From Patescibacteria group bacterium (GTDB taxonomy: Bacteria; Patescibacteriota; Patescibacteriia; UBA10025; JAHIVO01), in assembly GCA_041650915.1 (NCBI GenBank), contig JBAZKE010000006.1, positions 8,961-72,960 on the forward strand: a stretch of DNA of 64,000 nt. The letters run 5' to 3'. Shown here in pieces: positions 56,414-64,000 of the stretch; position 1 is the first letter of the stretch; each line of letters opens with the position of its first letter. The position numbers and the translations under genes are program-made. The notes beneath the pieces were generated by a model. That model ran no database searches and had not been told where the DNA came from. It saw nothing but the letters and a program-made list of their open reading frames with translations.

Positions 56414-57979
56414 ATGCAAAATCAAGAAAATGATCTCCTCGCTGCGCTTCAAACGCTAGATCTCGTTGAGCAGACTCAGGGGCGCAACGCCAAAAGCGAT
56501 TTACTCAAGCAACAAGTCGACAATCTTTATATCCAGGATATCATGCGGTACGCCCTAGGCTCCTATCGCTATTTCGTTACTCCGCCTGATGACGTTGTAT
56601 CGCATCCTAGTTTGTCTCTGGAGAAATCCTGGGTCGAATTCAGAACACTGCTCAAGCGCCTGCGCACCCGCGAGGTAACGGGGAACGCGGCGCTGGCGGA
56701 GGTCAGCGCGCTGCTTTCACAGTGTCCTGCCTCAGCCTTGAAGTGGTACACGAGAATTCTGAACCATGACCTCCGTATCGGCATCGGGCACGATGTCGCT
56801 AAAGCTCTTTGGGGAGATGAGTTCCTTCTGGGCAAAGAAGCCAAGACCGAGGATTGGAAGTTCACGGGATGCGCCCTGGCCAAGCCCTGGGCCGACGTCT
56901 GGTCCAAGGGTGCCCCGTACCCCTTGGGCGTAGAGCGCAAGCTCGATGGAGAGCGTGCTCTGGTGTTCATCTGGCCCGCGACGGGCAAGATGGTCGTGAC
57001 GACACGAAACGCCAAGCGGCGTGAAGCCATCGAGGGCGTTGAGGCGTTTGGGCAGCAACTCATTGATTTGGCCCACGCGATGAACCCCGACGATCCCGAT
57101 ATGCCGATGTTCTTCGACGGGGAGTTTCTGGCCAAGACGTGGAATGATACGTCGAGCCTAATTCGTAAAACCAAGAACTTCGACGCCGAGGCATTCATTC
57201 GCGATATCCGGATGCTCATTTTCGATTGGGCCCCAACAGCGGACTACTGCGCTGGGCGTTTCGATATGCCCTGGCTGGAGCGTAAGATTCGGCTTCTATC
57301 CGCCGTGGGCTGCACCAGGGCGACTCCCGAGCCTGTAGAGTTCTCTGCCAACCTCACAGTTCTGGGACATGTCATCGCACACAACGACGAGGAGCTTCAG
57401 GCCGAGTACAATGCGTGTCTTGACGCCGGGTTCGAGGGCATTGTTGCAAAGGTCATGACGGCGCCAGAGTTGTTCAAGCGTACGGCAAATAACGTCAAGC
57501 TCAAACCCACGGACACGCAGACCGTAACGATCACGGGCGCAGTGGCGGGGCAAGGCAAGCACGCTGCCGCATCGAGCGCGTTTATTTCTGCGGTATCTGG
57601 GGTGCTGAATCGGTACGGCAAAGCCCAGGGCACGGTACCGTACATGCGCTGGACCGTTGACGATGTCGATGCCGCCATGGCCGCGGTCAGGAAGGTCGTG
57701 GCCGACGATACGGAACGCCGGCTTGAAGCCGAGGGCAATGTCATTACGCTGCGGACGGGAGCCCGGCTGGGGTATTTCACAGCTGTAACCCCGAATGGCG
57801 ACGAAATCCATGTTGGCGGCGGGTATACACATAAAACCGGACGCGATCAGCGCATGGATTTCTGGCTCCGGCGGGACGAACTCTTGGGCAAGAAAATCGA
57901 TATCAAAGTCCAGCAGGACAAGGAGCAGGTTGGTGTAGGGCGTTTCAACCGGTTTAGCCGAATCAGGGACGATTTGTAA
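56414..57979 (+). CDS. ATP-dependent DNA ligase
   Basis: E.KLDGER (motif I), FDGEF (III), FD (IIIa), EGIVAK (IV), K.K (V), C-terminal OB-like region ending F..F.R.R.D. Confidence 0.92.
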   Translation: MQNQENDLLAALQTLDLVEQTQGRNAKSDLLKQQVDNLYIQDIMRYALGSYRYFVTPPDDVVSHPSLSLEKSWVEFRTLLKRLRTREVTGNAALAEVSALLSQCPASALKWYTRILNHDLRIGIGHDVAKALWGDEFLLGKEAKTEDWKFTGCALAKPWADVWSKGAPYPLGVERKLDGERALVFIWPATGKMVVTTRNAKRREAIEGVEAFGQQLIDLAHAMNPDDPDMPMFFDGEFLAKTWNDTSSLIRKTKNFDAEAFIRDIRMLIFDWAPTADYCAGRFDMPWLERKIRLLSAVGCTRATPEPVEFSANLTVLGHVIAHNDEELQAEYNACLDAGFEGIVAKVMTAPELFKRTANNVKLKPTDTQTVTITGAVAGQGKHAAASSAFISAVSGVLNRYGKAQGTVPYMRWTVDDVDAAMAAVRKVVADDTERRLEAEGNVITLRTGARLGYFTAVTPNGDEIHVGGGYTHKTGRDQRMDFWLRRDELLGKKIDIKVQQDKEQVGVGRFNRFSRIRDDL

Positions 57980-58222
57980 AATTAGTTGAAGCAGTACTTT
58001 GCAGAGCTAGAGGTGGCACATGTGGCGCTAGAACAAAAATTAAAGACGTGGCTTGTGAGAGCAAACTACGAGGATTGAAACGATTGCGCGCATTGCGACG
58101 ACAATAATTTCAGATGGACAGACCAGCGTACTTGGACAGAGACACTGAAATTTGCAGACCAACTGGCCGATTTCGCCGAGAAATACAAACCGACTCTGTA
58201 ACAGTAGCAGAAAGGCAAAACA

Positions 58223-58498
58223 ATGTCAAAATACGATCGACGCCAGAAAACTGAATCTATTTCTCTGTTTGACATTCTTTCCGCGGTTGACGCCAGCGTT
58301 GACACGGCGAAAACGGTCGCGGAGCTTAACTCGGATCTTAATTCAGATAAATATAAATTCACATCAGCAGAGCGTGCGGTACTAGCTACACTGCAGCACA
58401 AATGCGTTCTGATCGCAGAGCAGCACGGTGCATTTTTGGATATGGTTCTGCGGTCTATGGACGACGTAGAAGCCGAGGTCGAGAAAAGCGAGGACTAA
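58223..58498 (+). CDS. hypothetical protein
   Basis: AAGG RBS; coupled to next gene. Confidence 0.55.
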   Translation: MSKYDRRQKTESISLFDILSAVDASVDTAKTVAELNSDLNSDKYKFTSAERAVLATLQHKCVLIAEQHGAFLDMVLRSMDDVEAEVEKSED

Positions 58499-58893
58499 TG
58501 CGGCGCAAAAAGGAAAAGCAGGAACTCCCGAAACGTACTGCCCGGGGTAATGAACGCCGCGAGTTGGAGGGCTATGTTGGCGTCGACGAATACTTTGATG
58601 ACGACCCGCGTTCTATCGACGAGTACTGCGCCAGGATCCACTTAGCCTGCGAAGACGCACAGGCCTGCTGGCTCGCTCGGCATCCAGGCTGTGAAATCGA
58701 GCCAGGTACATTTTGGCTTAGACTCATGGAACAAGGCGTCTATGACCAAACCCGCCTGTACGGCGTTTTCTATTACTGGGAGGCAGAAGAAGACGCCGAC
58801 GAGTACGCAGAGACCCTGGCAGCCGCCCAGGCGACCAAAGCCGCACAAGAGCGCGAGCTGTACTTGCAGCTAAAAGCAAAGTTTGAACCATGA
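58498..58893 (+). CDS. hypothetical protein
   Basis: TAATG coupling; ends ERELYLQLKAKFE. Confidence 0.6.
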   Translation: MRRKKEKQELPKRTARGNERRELEGYVGVDEYFDDDPRSIDEYCARIHLACEDAQACWLARHPGCEIEPGTFWLRLMEQGVYDQTRLYGVFYYWEAEEDADEYAETLAAAQATKAAQERELYLQLKAKFEP

Positions 58894-58909
58894 CCAAAGT
58901 TCAATTTGA

Positions 58910-59148
58910 GTCAACCACCCCTCCTACATGGAGAGACGCGAAAAGGTCTCTGGTTGACTAGGGAACATCGAAAGGTGTAGCAGTTGGTCGAGAGAAATAC
59001 ATACACACCCGTGGACGCTCCTCAAATCTACGGCTCTGTGGATCTGTCGTTAAAAAGCTCAAGGGGTAGAGCTGGTGCGCAGATCTTAAAAACCTCTTCC
59101 AACAATCCCGATGAGGCTCTCACTTCCCTTTCGAGGGAAGGGCAGGAC
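58910..59148 (+). ncRNA. omegaRNA scaffold of IscB
   Basis: About 240-nt structured region between the left end and the PLMP start; hairpins GTCAACC/GGTTGAC, GAGAC/GTCTC, CTTCCCT/AGGGAAG. Confidence 0.7.
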
Positions 59149-60417
59149 TTGAGAGTACCTGCCGTTTATGTTCTTAATCAACGCGGCGAGCCATTAATGC
59201 CCACAACGCCAAGGAAAGCACGAATGCTTCTCCGGGAAGGAAAGGCCAAGGTAAAGACTAGAACTCCGTTTGTAATTCAATTGCTTGTTCCAACCGGAGA
59301 AACCAAACGGCCCATCGTTTTGGGAGTAGACGCTGGATACCTCCACGTTGGCCTGTCGGCCGTAACGGAAAATAAAGAAGTATACGCCGCGGAAATCACG
59401 CTTAGGTCTGATATTGTAGCCTTAATTTCGACTCGTAAAATGTATCGACAAACACGAAGAAGTAGAAAAACCTGGTACAGACAGCCGAGATGGTTGAATC
59501 GAGTAAAAAGCAAACCCAAAGGCTGGCTAGCTCCGTCAATTCAGCACAAGCTCAATAGCCATGTAAAACTGGTCGAGCGCGTTAAACGAATTCTTCCCAT
59601 TACCTCAGTAATAGTGGAAATAGCTGCTTTTGACATTCAGAAAATCAAAAATCCAGATATACAGGGAGTAGAGTACCAAGAAGGTGTGCAAAAAGGTTTT
59701 ACAAACGTGCGAGAATATGTGCTGTACAGAGATGGACATAAATGCCAAGCGTGCAAAGGAAAATCCAAAGACAAAATTTTGAAAGTAGTGTTGAACGCCC
59801 ACCACATAGAGTCTAGAAAAACAGGCGGAAATCGACCTGATAATCTCGTTACACTCTGTGCTGAGTGTCATAAGCTTTACCATAACGGTACCGTAAACAT
59901 TAAAACTAAACCCAGCAAAAGTTTCAAAGCCGAAGCATTCATGACGATGGTGTGGCGACGATTGGTTGAACTATTAGGTGCCGCAATCCGATATGGCTAC
60001 GAAACCAAACAAGCTAGAGCAGACGCTGGACTTAACAAAAGTCATGTTAATGACGCTTTTGTCGTCGCGGGCGGATGCTACCAGAACAGAACAGTTCCAT
60101 TTTTAGTAAAACAAGTTAGGAAACAGAACCGAAAACTTTACAATGGACCACACTCCGGTCGGCGCAGCACCGCTGCTCGATTTGTTCGTGGGTTCCAACG
60201 ATACGATAAAGTCCTGTACAAAGGAGTGGAATGTTTTGTGTTTGGAAGAAGAACCAACGGTTATTTCGACGTCCGAGATCTATACGGTGCTAGAATACAT
60301 GACGGCGCAAAAGCCAAGGACTGTGTTTTGCTGGAAACAGCAAGCACTTTATTAACCTGTACCCTAAGAGGTGGCACTCCCCTGCCTAAAGGCAGAGGTC
60401 TCCATGCCGAAGCCCAA
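59149..60417 (+). CDS. iscB: RNA-guided endonuclease IscB (no stop codon; reads into the next gene)
   Basis: PLMP; RuvC-I GVDAG; bridge helix RKMYRQTRRSR; RuvC-II VE; HNH HHI...N..TLC..CH..H; RuvC-III H.NDA. Confidence 0.9.
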
Positions 60418-60906
60418 ATGAAAATCAGAACTGGTTTTGTCAGCAATTCGAGTAGTTCTAGCTTTGTCGTGCAAATCCGGCAGAGTCCGTGGGAAAAATC
60501 CGAGCCCAAATTGTTGCTTTCGCCGGAGCAACTCGCATGGCTAGAGTCTCAAGGATTTCGGTACTGTGCGCACACGTATCCCTCGCGAGTTGAGGAAACT
60601 GGGATTCTGGAAATGTACCCTGGCGCCGAAACGCCTGAAGCAGCAGAAAATATGTGGCTGTCGGTGATTTGTAACCAAGACGAAGTCATCGACGGTTTGG
60701 TCCGGCAGGGCATTCCATTTTGTGCGTCATGCCACTACGGACACGAGACTGTGGTTTGGCGCGCTGGCGATAAGCGCGTTTATGCATTGCCAAATTTAGG
60801 GCACGAATACGAAACATACCAAGAGGAGAAACTTTTCAAAGCTAAAGTCAAAGTAGCATCACAAACCGTAGCAAGCATCAAGAAAAACGGGTGTAATCTC
60901 GTTTAG
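60418..60906 (+). CDS. MKIRTGFVSNSSSSSF-leader protein 1
   Basis: Same N-terminal motif as the next two genes; in frame with iscB. Confidence 0.75.
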   Translation: MKIRTGFVSNSSSSSFVVQIRQSPWEKSEPKLLLSPEQLAWLESQGFRYCAHTYPSRVEETGILEMYPGAETPEAAENMWLSVICNQDEVIDGLVRQGIPFCASCHYGHETVVWRAGDKRVYALPNLGHEYETYQEEKLFKAKVKVASQTVASIKKNGCNLV

Positions 60907-60914
60907 GAGGAAAC

Positions 60915-61283
60915 ATGAAGATCAGAACCGGGTTCGTAAGTAATTCCAGCAGCTCCAGCTTTTTGATCTGGGGCATCACAGTAGACACGTCGGAGTTTCA
61001 GAAAGAAATTCCCGTAAGAGATGAAGACGGGGAAGACTGCGAGGAAGAGAGCCCGTACGATGTCGCGGAGCGGCTTGAGTCCGAATACGGTGACATCGTG
61101 CGGTTTGCTTATGAAAACGACATCCTATATCTCGGTCGGTGCCCTTCAACTTGCGGCCTAGACGAGACCATGCGGAAGTTCCAGCAGCGCGTGGAAACCG
61201 AGGTGAAAGCCATGGCTGAGAAAGAAGGCGTAGCTCTGGGAGACGTGGAATTCGGGTGGCTCGAGGAAGCCTGGCACGACTGA
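60915..61283 (+). CDS. MKIRTGFVSNSSSSSF-leader protein 2 (acidic)
   Basis: AGGAGG RBS; paralog of 61294. Confidence 0.8.
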   Translation: MKIRTGFVSNSSSSSFLIWGITVDTSEFQKEIPVRDEDGEDCEEESPYDVAERLESEYGDIVRFAYENDILYLGRCPSTCGLDETMRKFQQRVETEVKAMAEKEGVALGDVEFGWLEEAWHD

Positions 61284-61293
61284 GGAGGACAAA

Positions 61294-61611
61294 ATGAAAA
61301 TCAGAACCGGTTTTGTAAGTAACTCGAGTAGTTCAAGCTTTTTGATTTGGGGCACCTTTGTCGAGGTAGACAAATTCGGCGAGGAATTCGATCGCGATGA
61401 AGTCGAAGGCGACATCGTGCACTCCGCCGGGCCCGACGACGACTATTACGTTTACGTCGGACGTGTGCCTAAAGAGTGTCGTGATGACGAAACCATGGGG
61501 CAATTCAAAGCCCGCGTCGAGACCGACGCCAGAGCGTTCCTGGCTGAGCAAAAAGTCGACGCGACAAATCTGAAATTTGGATGGCATTCGGCCGCGTGGT
61601 ACGACGGATAG
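61294..61611 (+). CDS. MKIRTGFVSNSSSSSF-leader protein 3 (acidic)
   Basis: GAGGAGG RBS; shares GR.P..C..DETM..F..RVET and FGW...AW.D with 60915. Confidence 0.8.
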   Translation: MKIRTGFVSNSSSSSFLIWGTFVEVDKFGEEFDRDEVEGDIVHSAGPDDDYYVYVGRVPKECRDDETMGQFKARVETDARAFLAEQKVDATNLKFGWHSAAWYDG

Positions 61612-61710
61612 AACGACTTTGGTCGTTTTAAAAAATCAGATACCTGCCGGGCGACTGTAGTCAAATCTGCAAAACGTGAAACCATTATCATTTAGTCACT
61701 GGAGGATGAT

Positions 61711-61899
61711 GTGCAATTAATTGCTCTACGTTTTGAGATCAAAACCGACGGCATTGGGAAATGCGCGGAGGAGTGTCCGCAGTTGGCACGGGAGCACCCA
61801 GGATCAACTTATCCAGATCGCTGCAGGGCATTCAAGGCCGACATTAGAGGTCTGGAACGTTTGCTCCAGTGCATGAAACACGAAATTGAGGTGCATTAA
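61711..61899 (+). CDS. small Cys-containing hypothetical protein
   Basis: GGAGG RBS; GTG start. Confidence 0.45.
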   Translation: MQLIALRFEIKTDGIGKCAEECPQLAREHPGSTYPDRCRAFKADIRGLERLLQCMKHEIEVH

Positions 61900-61900
61900 A

Positions 61901-62260
61901 ATGGTGACAAAGTACGTAGAAGAAGATCTGGGTGAGTTTGTTTCTCAATCCAGGCTTGATCTCGATGCAGTAATTCAGCATCTGATGGAACTGCGCAAAA
62001 ACATACTAGAAGCTGGGTTTTCAGACGTTTGGCTGGAATATGACCCAGACGATATATGTGGTGAATGTGGTAGAAGCAACTTGCACGTTAGAGCTTCGCG
62101 ACCCGAAACGCCTGCCGAGCGTGAAAAACGAGAGCAGCGCGAAGCTGCTGCACTAGCCCGCGATGCGCGCGAGAAAAAAGCCAAAGCAAAGAAGCTAATA
62201 GCTAGAGTTCGTAGTCTTGGTTTTTCGAATGAAGAAGTACTCGCCCAGTTCAAGAAGTAG
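61901..62260 (+). CDS. hypothetical protein
   Basis: GAGG RBS then ATG 61901. Confidence 0.6.
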   Translation: MVTKYVEEDLGEFVSQSRLDLDAVIQHLMELRKNILEAGFSDVWLEYDPDDICGECGRSNLHVRASRPETPAEREKREQREAAALARDAREKKAKAKKLIARVRSLGFSNEEVLAQFKK

Positions 62261-63958
62261 TTAGAATCCCATCTTCTTTCCACCTCGTCCTAATTCCTCA
62301 ACGAGATATTCCCGTGTAACCTCGACGCCCAGGACCTCGGCCTTCCGGATGGCCCGGATGAAGTTCTGCGGCAGGCAGGGCGTCGAAACATTTCTAGCGC
62401 CACCGGAAAACCGATTCAAAAATCCAGCAATCTGCTGAGGTTTAAGAAAATCAAATTCCAGAGTCACGGCGAAGCAACTCAGCAAACCGCTGGGGAGTCT
62501 TTCGCTGGGACCCGAGGTACACAACACCAAGCCTGGATGACGTGAAATCAAAGTTGCCAAATTATCCGACATGATAGTGTTGTTGGCGTCAGTATCTTCT
62601 GTCTGGCAATCGAATAGCGCATCAATATCCGTGATGACTCCAACAGCGCCTTCCCGTCGAAGTTTTTCAAAGAATTTCCTCATGACCATGGCGGTATCAT
62701 GGGGCGAATCCGAAATAAAGTCAGTAGCGCTTTTCTGGGTCACAACACCTGCAGATTCCCCGAGCCAGCGCGCAGCACTTCTTCGGCCCGAGCCAAATGG
62801 TCCGGAACACAAAACAGCACAAGGGTGCTGGGCCAATTTGGGAGCCAAGCTGGCCAAGTCCAAGGAACAGTTTACAAGGGCAGGATCGAACTCCAAGCTG
62901 GGGTTAGTTCGAGGCAGAATTTCGTGTTCTGAAGAGTAAAGCTTCAAGTACTCTTCAGCCAGCAAATCCACGCAGTGGTCGGAAGTTTCGGGCGACACGG
63001 CGTGAATGACTTCCGTGACCTTGGCCATGCGGGCCAAGTCGGCGGCCGAGAGGTTGTCATTCAGCAGGTACTCAGGTACTTTCGCGATGCCAGAGAAATA
63101 ATGCTCGGCGATTTTCTTTCGAGTTTTTCGCGCTGGCACCGACATATTCAGGACCAGGTCAAACCTACGCAACACCGCCGAATCCATGTCCCGACAGGAA
63201 TTGGTAATCCAGAATGTTGGAACTGCATTGGTTTCCAGGAGGCGGTTCACAAAACCTTTGGCGCGTTGTTTAGCGGTAGTATCGGAATCCGGGGCGAATA
63301 CATCTTCGACTTCGTCAAACAATAGCAGCGCGGCAGAACCTCGACGTAGAATTTCCTGAGCCAGACGATACGCCGTGAGTCGATCGTCGCGGTCTTTGGC
63401 CGAGAGATCGGAGTTCTCTTCCACGACGCCAAAAAGAGGAACGCCCAGACTCTGAGCCAAAACTCTCGCGACCTCGCTTTTGCCTACACCTGGACGACCG
63501 TACAACAGCACATTGACGCCAGTTTTCTTTTTCGCGATGGCAGCATCGAGGTATTGACGGAACACCGTGAGTTTATCGTGATAATATTCAAAGTCATCCA
63601 GTGTCAGGCTGGTTGGGCTTGTGGGCAAAAAGAAAGTATTGAACACTTCATGGGGTTGCGCCGTGTAGATTTGTCGAGCCAAATCTTCCGAAAGTTCGAA
63701 AAACCTATCGTTGTTTTCAGGGCGTAGGCGCAAGATACCTGAACGAACCAGCGTGCTGCCGGGCTGTAGACACGTCTCGATGACTTTTTCGTCGTGGCCC
63801 AAAACAGCGTAAATATTACTATATAATCCTTTCAGAGTACCGATATCAGTTTTACAAACCAACGGTTCGAAAAAAGTGCAATCATACACCGCGGCAAGAA
63901 ATAGCAGAACATCGCGTTCGACTGGAGTCAAAGCCAGAACACGAGTAATCGCCGCCAC
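62261..63958 (-). CDS. double AAA+ ATPase (second domain degenerate)
   Basis: Walker A GRPGVGKS, Walker B LLLFDE, D.A.LRRFD; second domain GPFGSGRR/ITDID; C-terminal MGF; start uncertain. Confidence 0.85.
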   Translation of the reverse strand: MAAITRVLALTPVERDVLLFLAAVYDCTFFEPLVCKTDIGTLKGLYSNIYAVLGHDEKVIETCLQPGSTLVRSGILRLRPENNDRFFELSEDLARQIYTAQPHEVFNTFFLPTSPTSLTLDDFEYYHDKLTVFRQYLDAAIAKKKTGVNVLLYGRPGVGKSEVARVLAQSLGVPLFGVVEENSDLSAKDRDDRLTAYRLAQEILRRGSAALLLFDEVEDVFAPDSDTTAKQRAKGFVNRLLETNAVPTFWITNSCRDMDSAVLRRFDLVLNMSVPARKTRKKIAEHYFSGIAKVPEYLLNDNLSAADLARMAKVTEVIHAVSPETSDHCVDLLAEEYLKLYSSEHEILPRTNPSLEFDPALVNCSLDLASLAPKLAQHPCAVLCSGPFGSGRRSAARWLGESAGVVTQKSATDFISDSPHDTAMVMRKFFEKLRREGAVGVITDIDALFDCQTEDTDANNTIMSDNLATLISRHPGLVLCTSGPSERLPSGLLSCFAVTLEFDFLKPQQIAGFLNRFSGGARNVSTPCLPQNFIRAIRKAEVLGVEVTREYLVEELGRGGKKMGF

Positions 63959-64000
63959 GTTACTGGTAACGTGCTGGTCAAATGGAACTATTTCATGCTG

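Larger units (their letters stand above)
58910..60417 (+). mobile_element. IS200/IS605-family IscB (OMEGA) element, no TnpA
   Basis: Left end GTCAACC...GGTTGAC hairpin; iscB ORF; right-end hairpin CTGCC-TAAA-GGCAG (60382-60395); boundaries approximate. Confidence 0.8.

Noticed and set aside
58984-59148. N-terminal extension of IscB given in the ORF track
   Set aside because: The region is the structured omegaRNA; IscB proteins start just before PLMP, and TTG 59149 fits.
1-64000. Alternative genetic code (stop-codon reassignment), as seen in some large phages
   Set aside because: Long genes are intact in code 11, and TAA, TAG and TGA all end genes at sensible boundaries.
1-64000. CRISPR array, tRNA or rRNA genes
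   Set aside because: No regularly spaced repeats or cloverleaf-like sequences seen by eye; a tRNAscan/CRISPR search would be needed to exclude them fully.

Overview
The window is a 64-kb piece of a large, probably jumbo, tailed-phage genome with a contractile tail. Almost all genes are on the + strand and read in standard genetic code 11. It contains a head module (two paralogous decoration-like genes, the major capsid protein at 4446-5561, and large acidic head-associated proteins) and an appendage module with LamG-like proteins. The tail module has a tail-completion-like gene, a 1176-aa sheath, a tube, chaperones with a -1 slippery site, and a tape measure. Other genes are free-standing HNH/GIY-YIG endonucleases, ThyX, an ATP-dependent DNA ligase, two nucleotidyltransferases, peptidoglycan hydrolases, and an intact IS200/IS605 IscB (OMEGA) element. 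The most striking unexplained signal is a portable ~11-aa tag (hydrophobic-x-[VYF]-x-[GND]-x-x-Y-[RKV]-x-A, e.g. PKFIRVAGKLYRKA). I count 16 copies on 13 otherwise unrelated proteins, nearly always at the N- or C-terminus. Many tagged genes lie behind a conserved non-sigma70 motif, CAC[GC]TTA-N3-TNTA[GTA]TA[GA], which also precedes the capsid and sheath operons. Together these suggest a late-expressed capsid-targeting or cargo-loading system; that interpretation is inference and untested. All product calls come from motif recognition by eye; no database searches were run.
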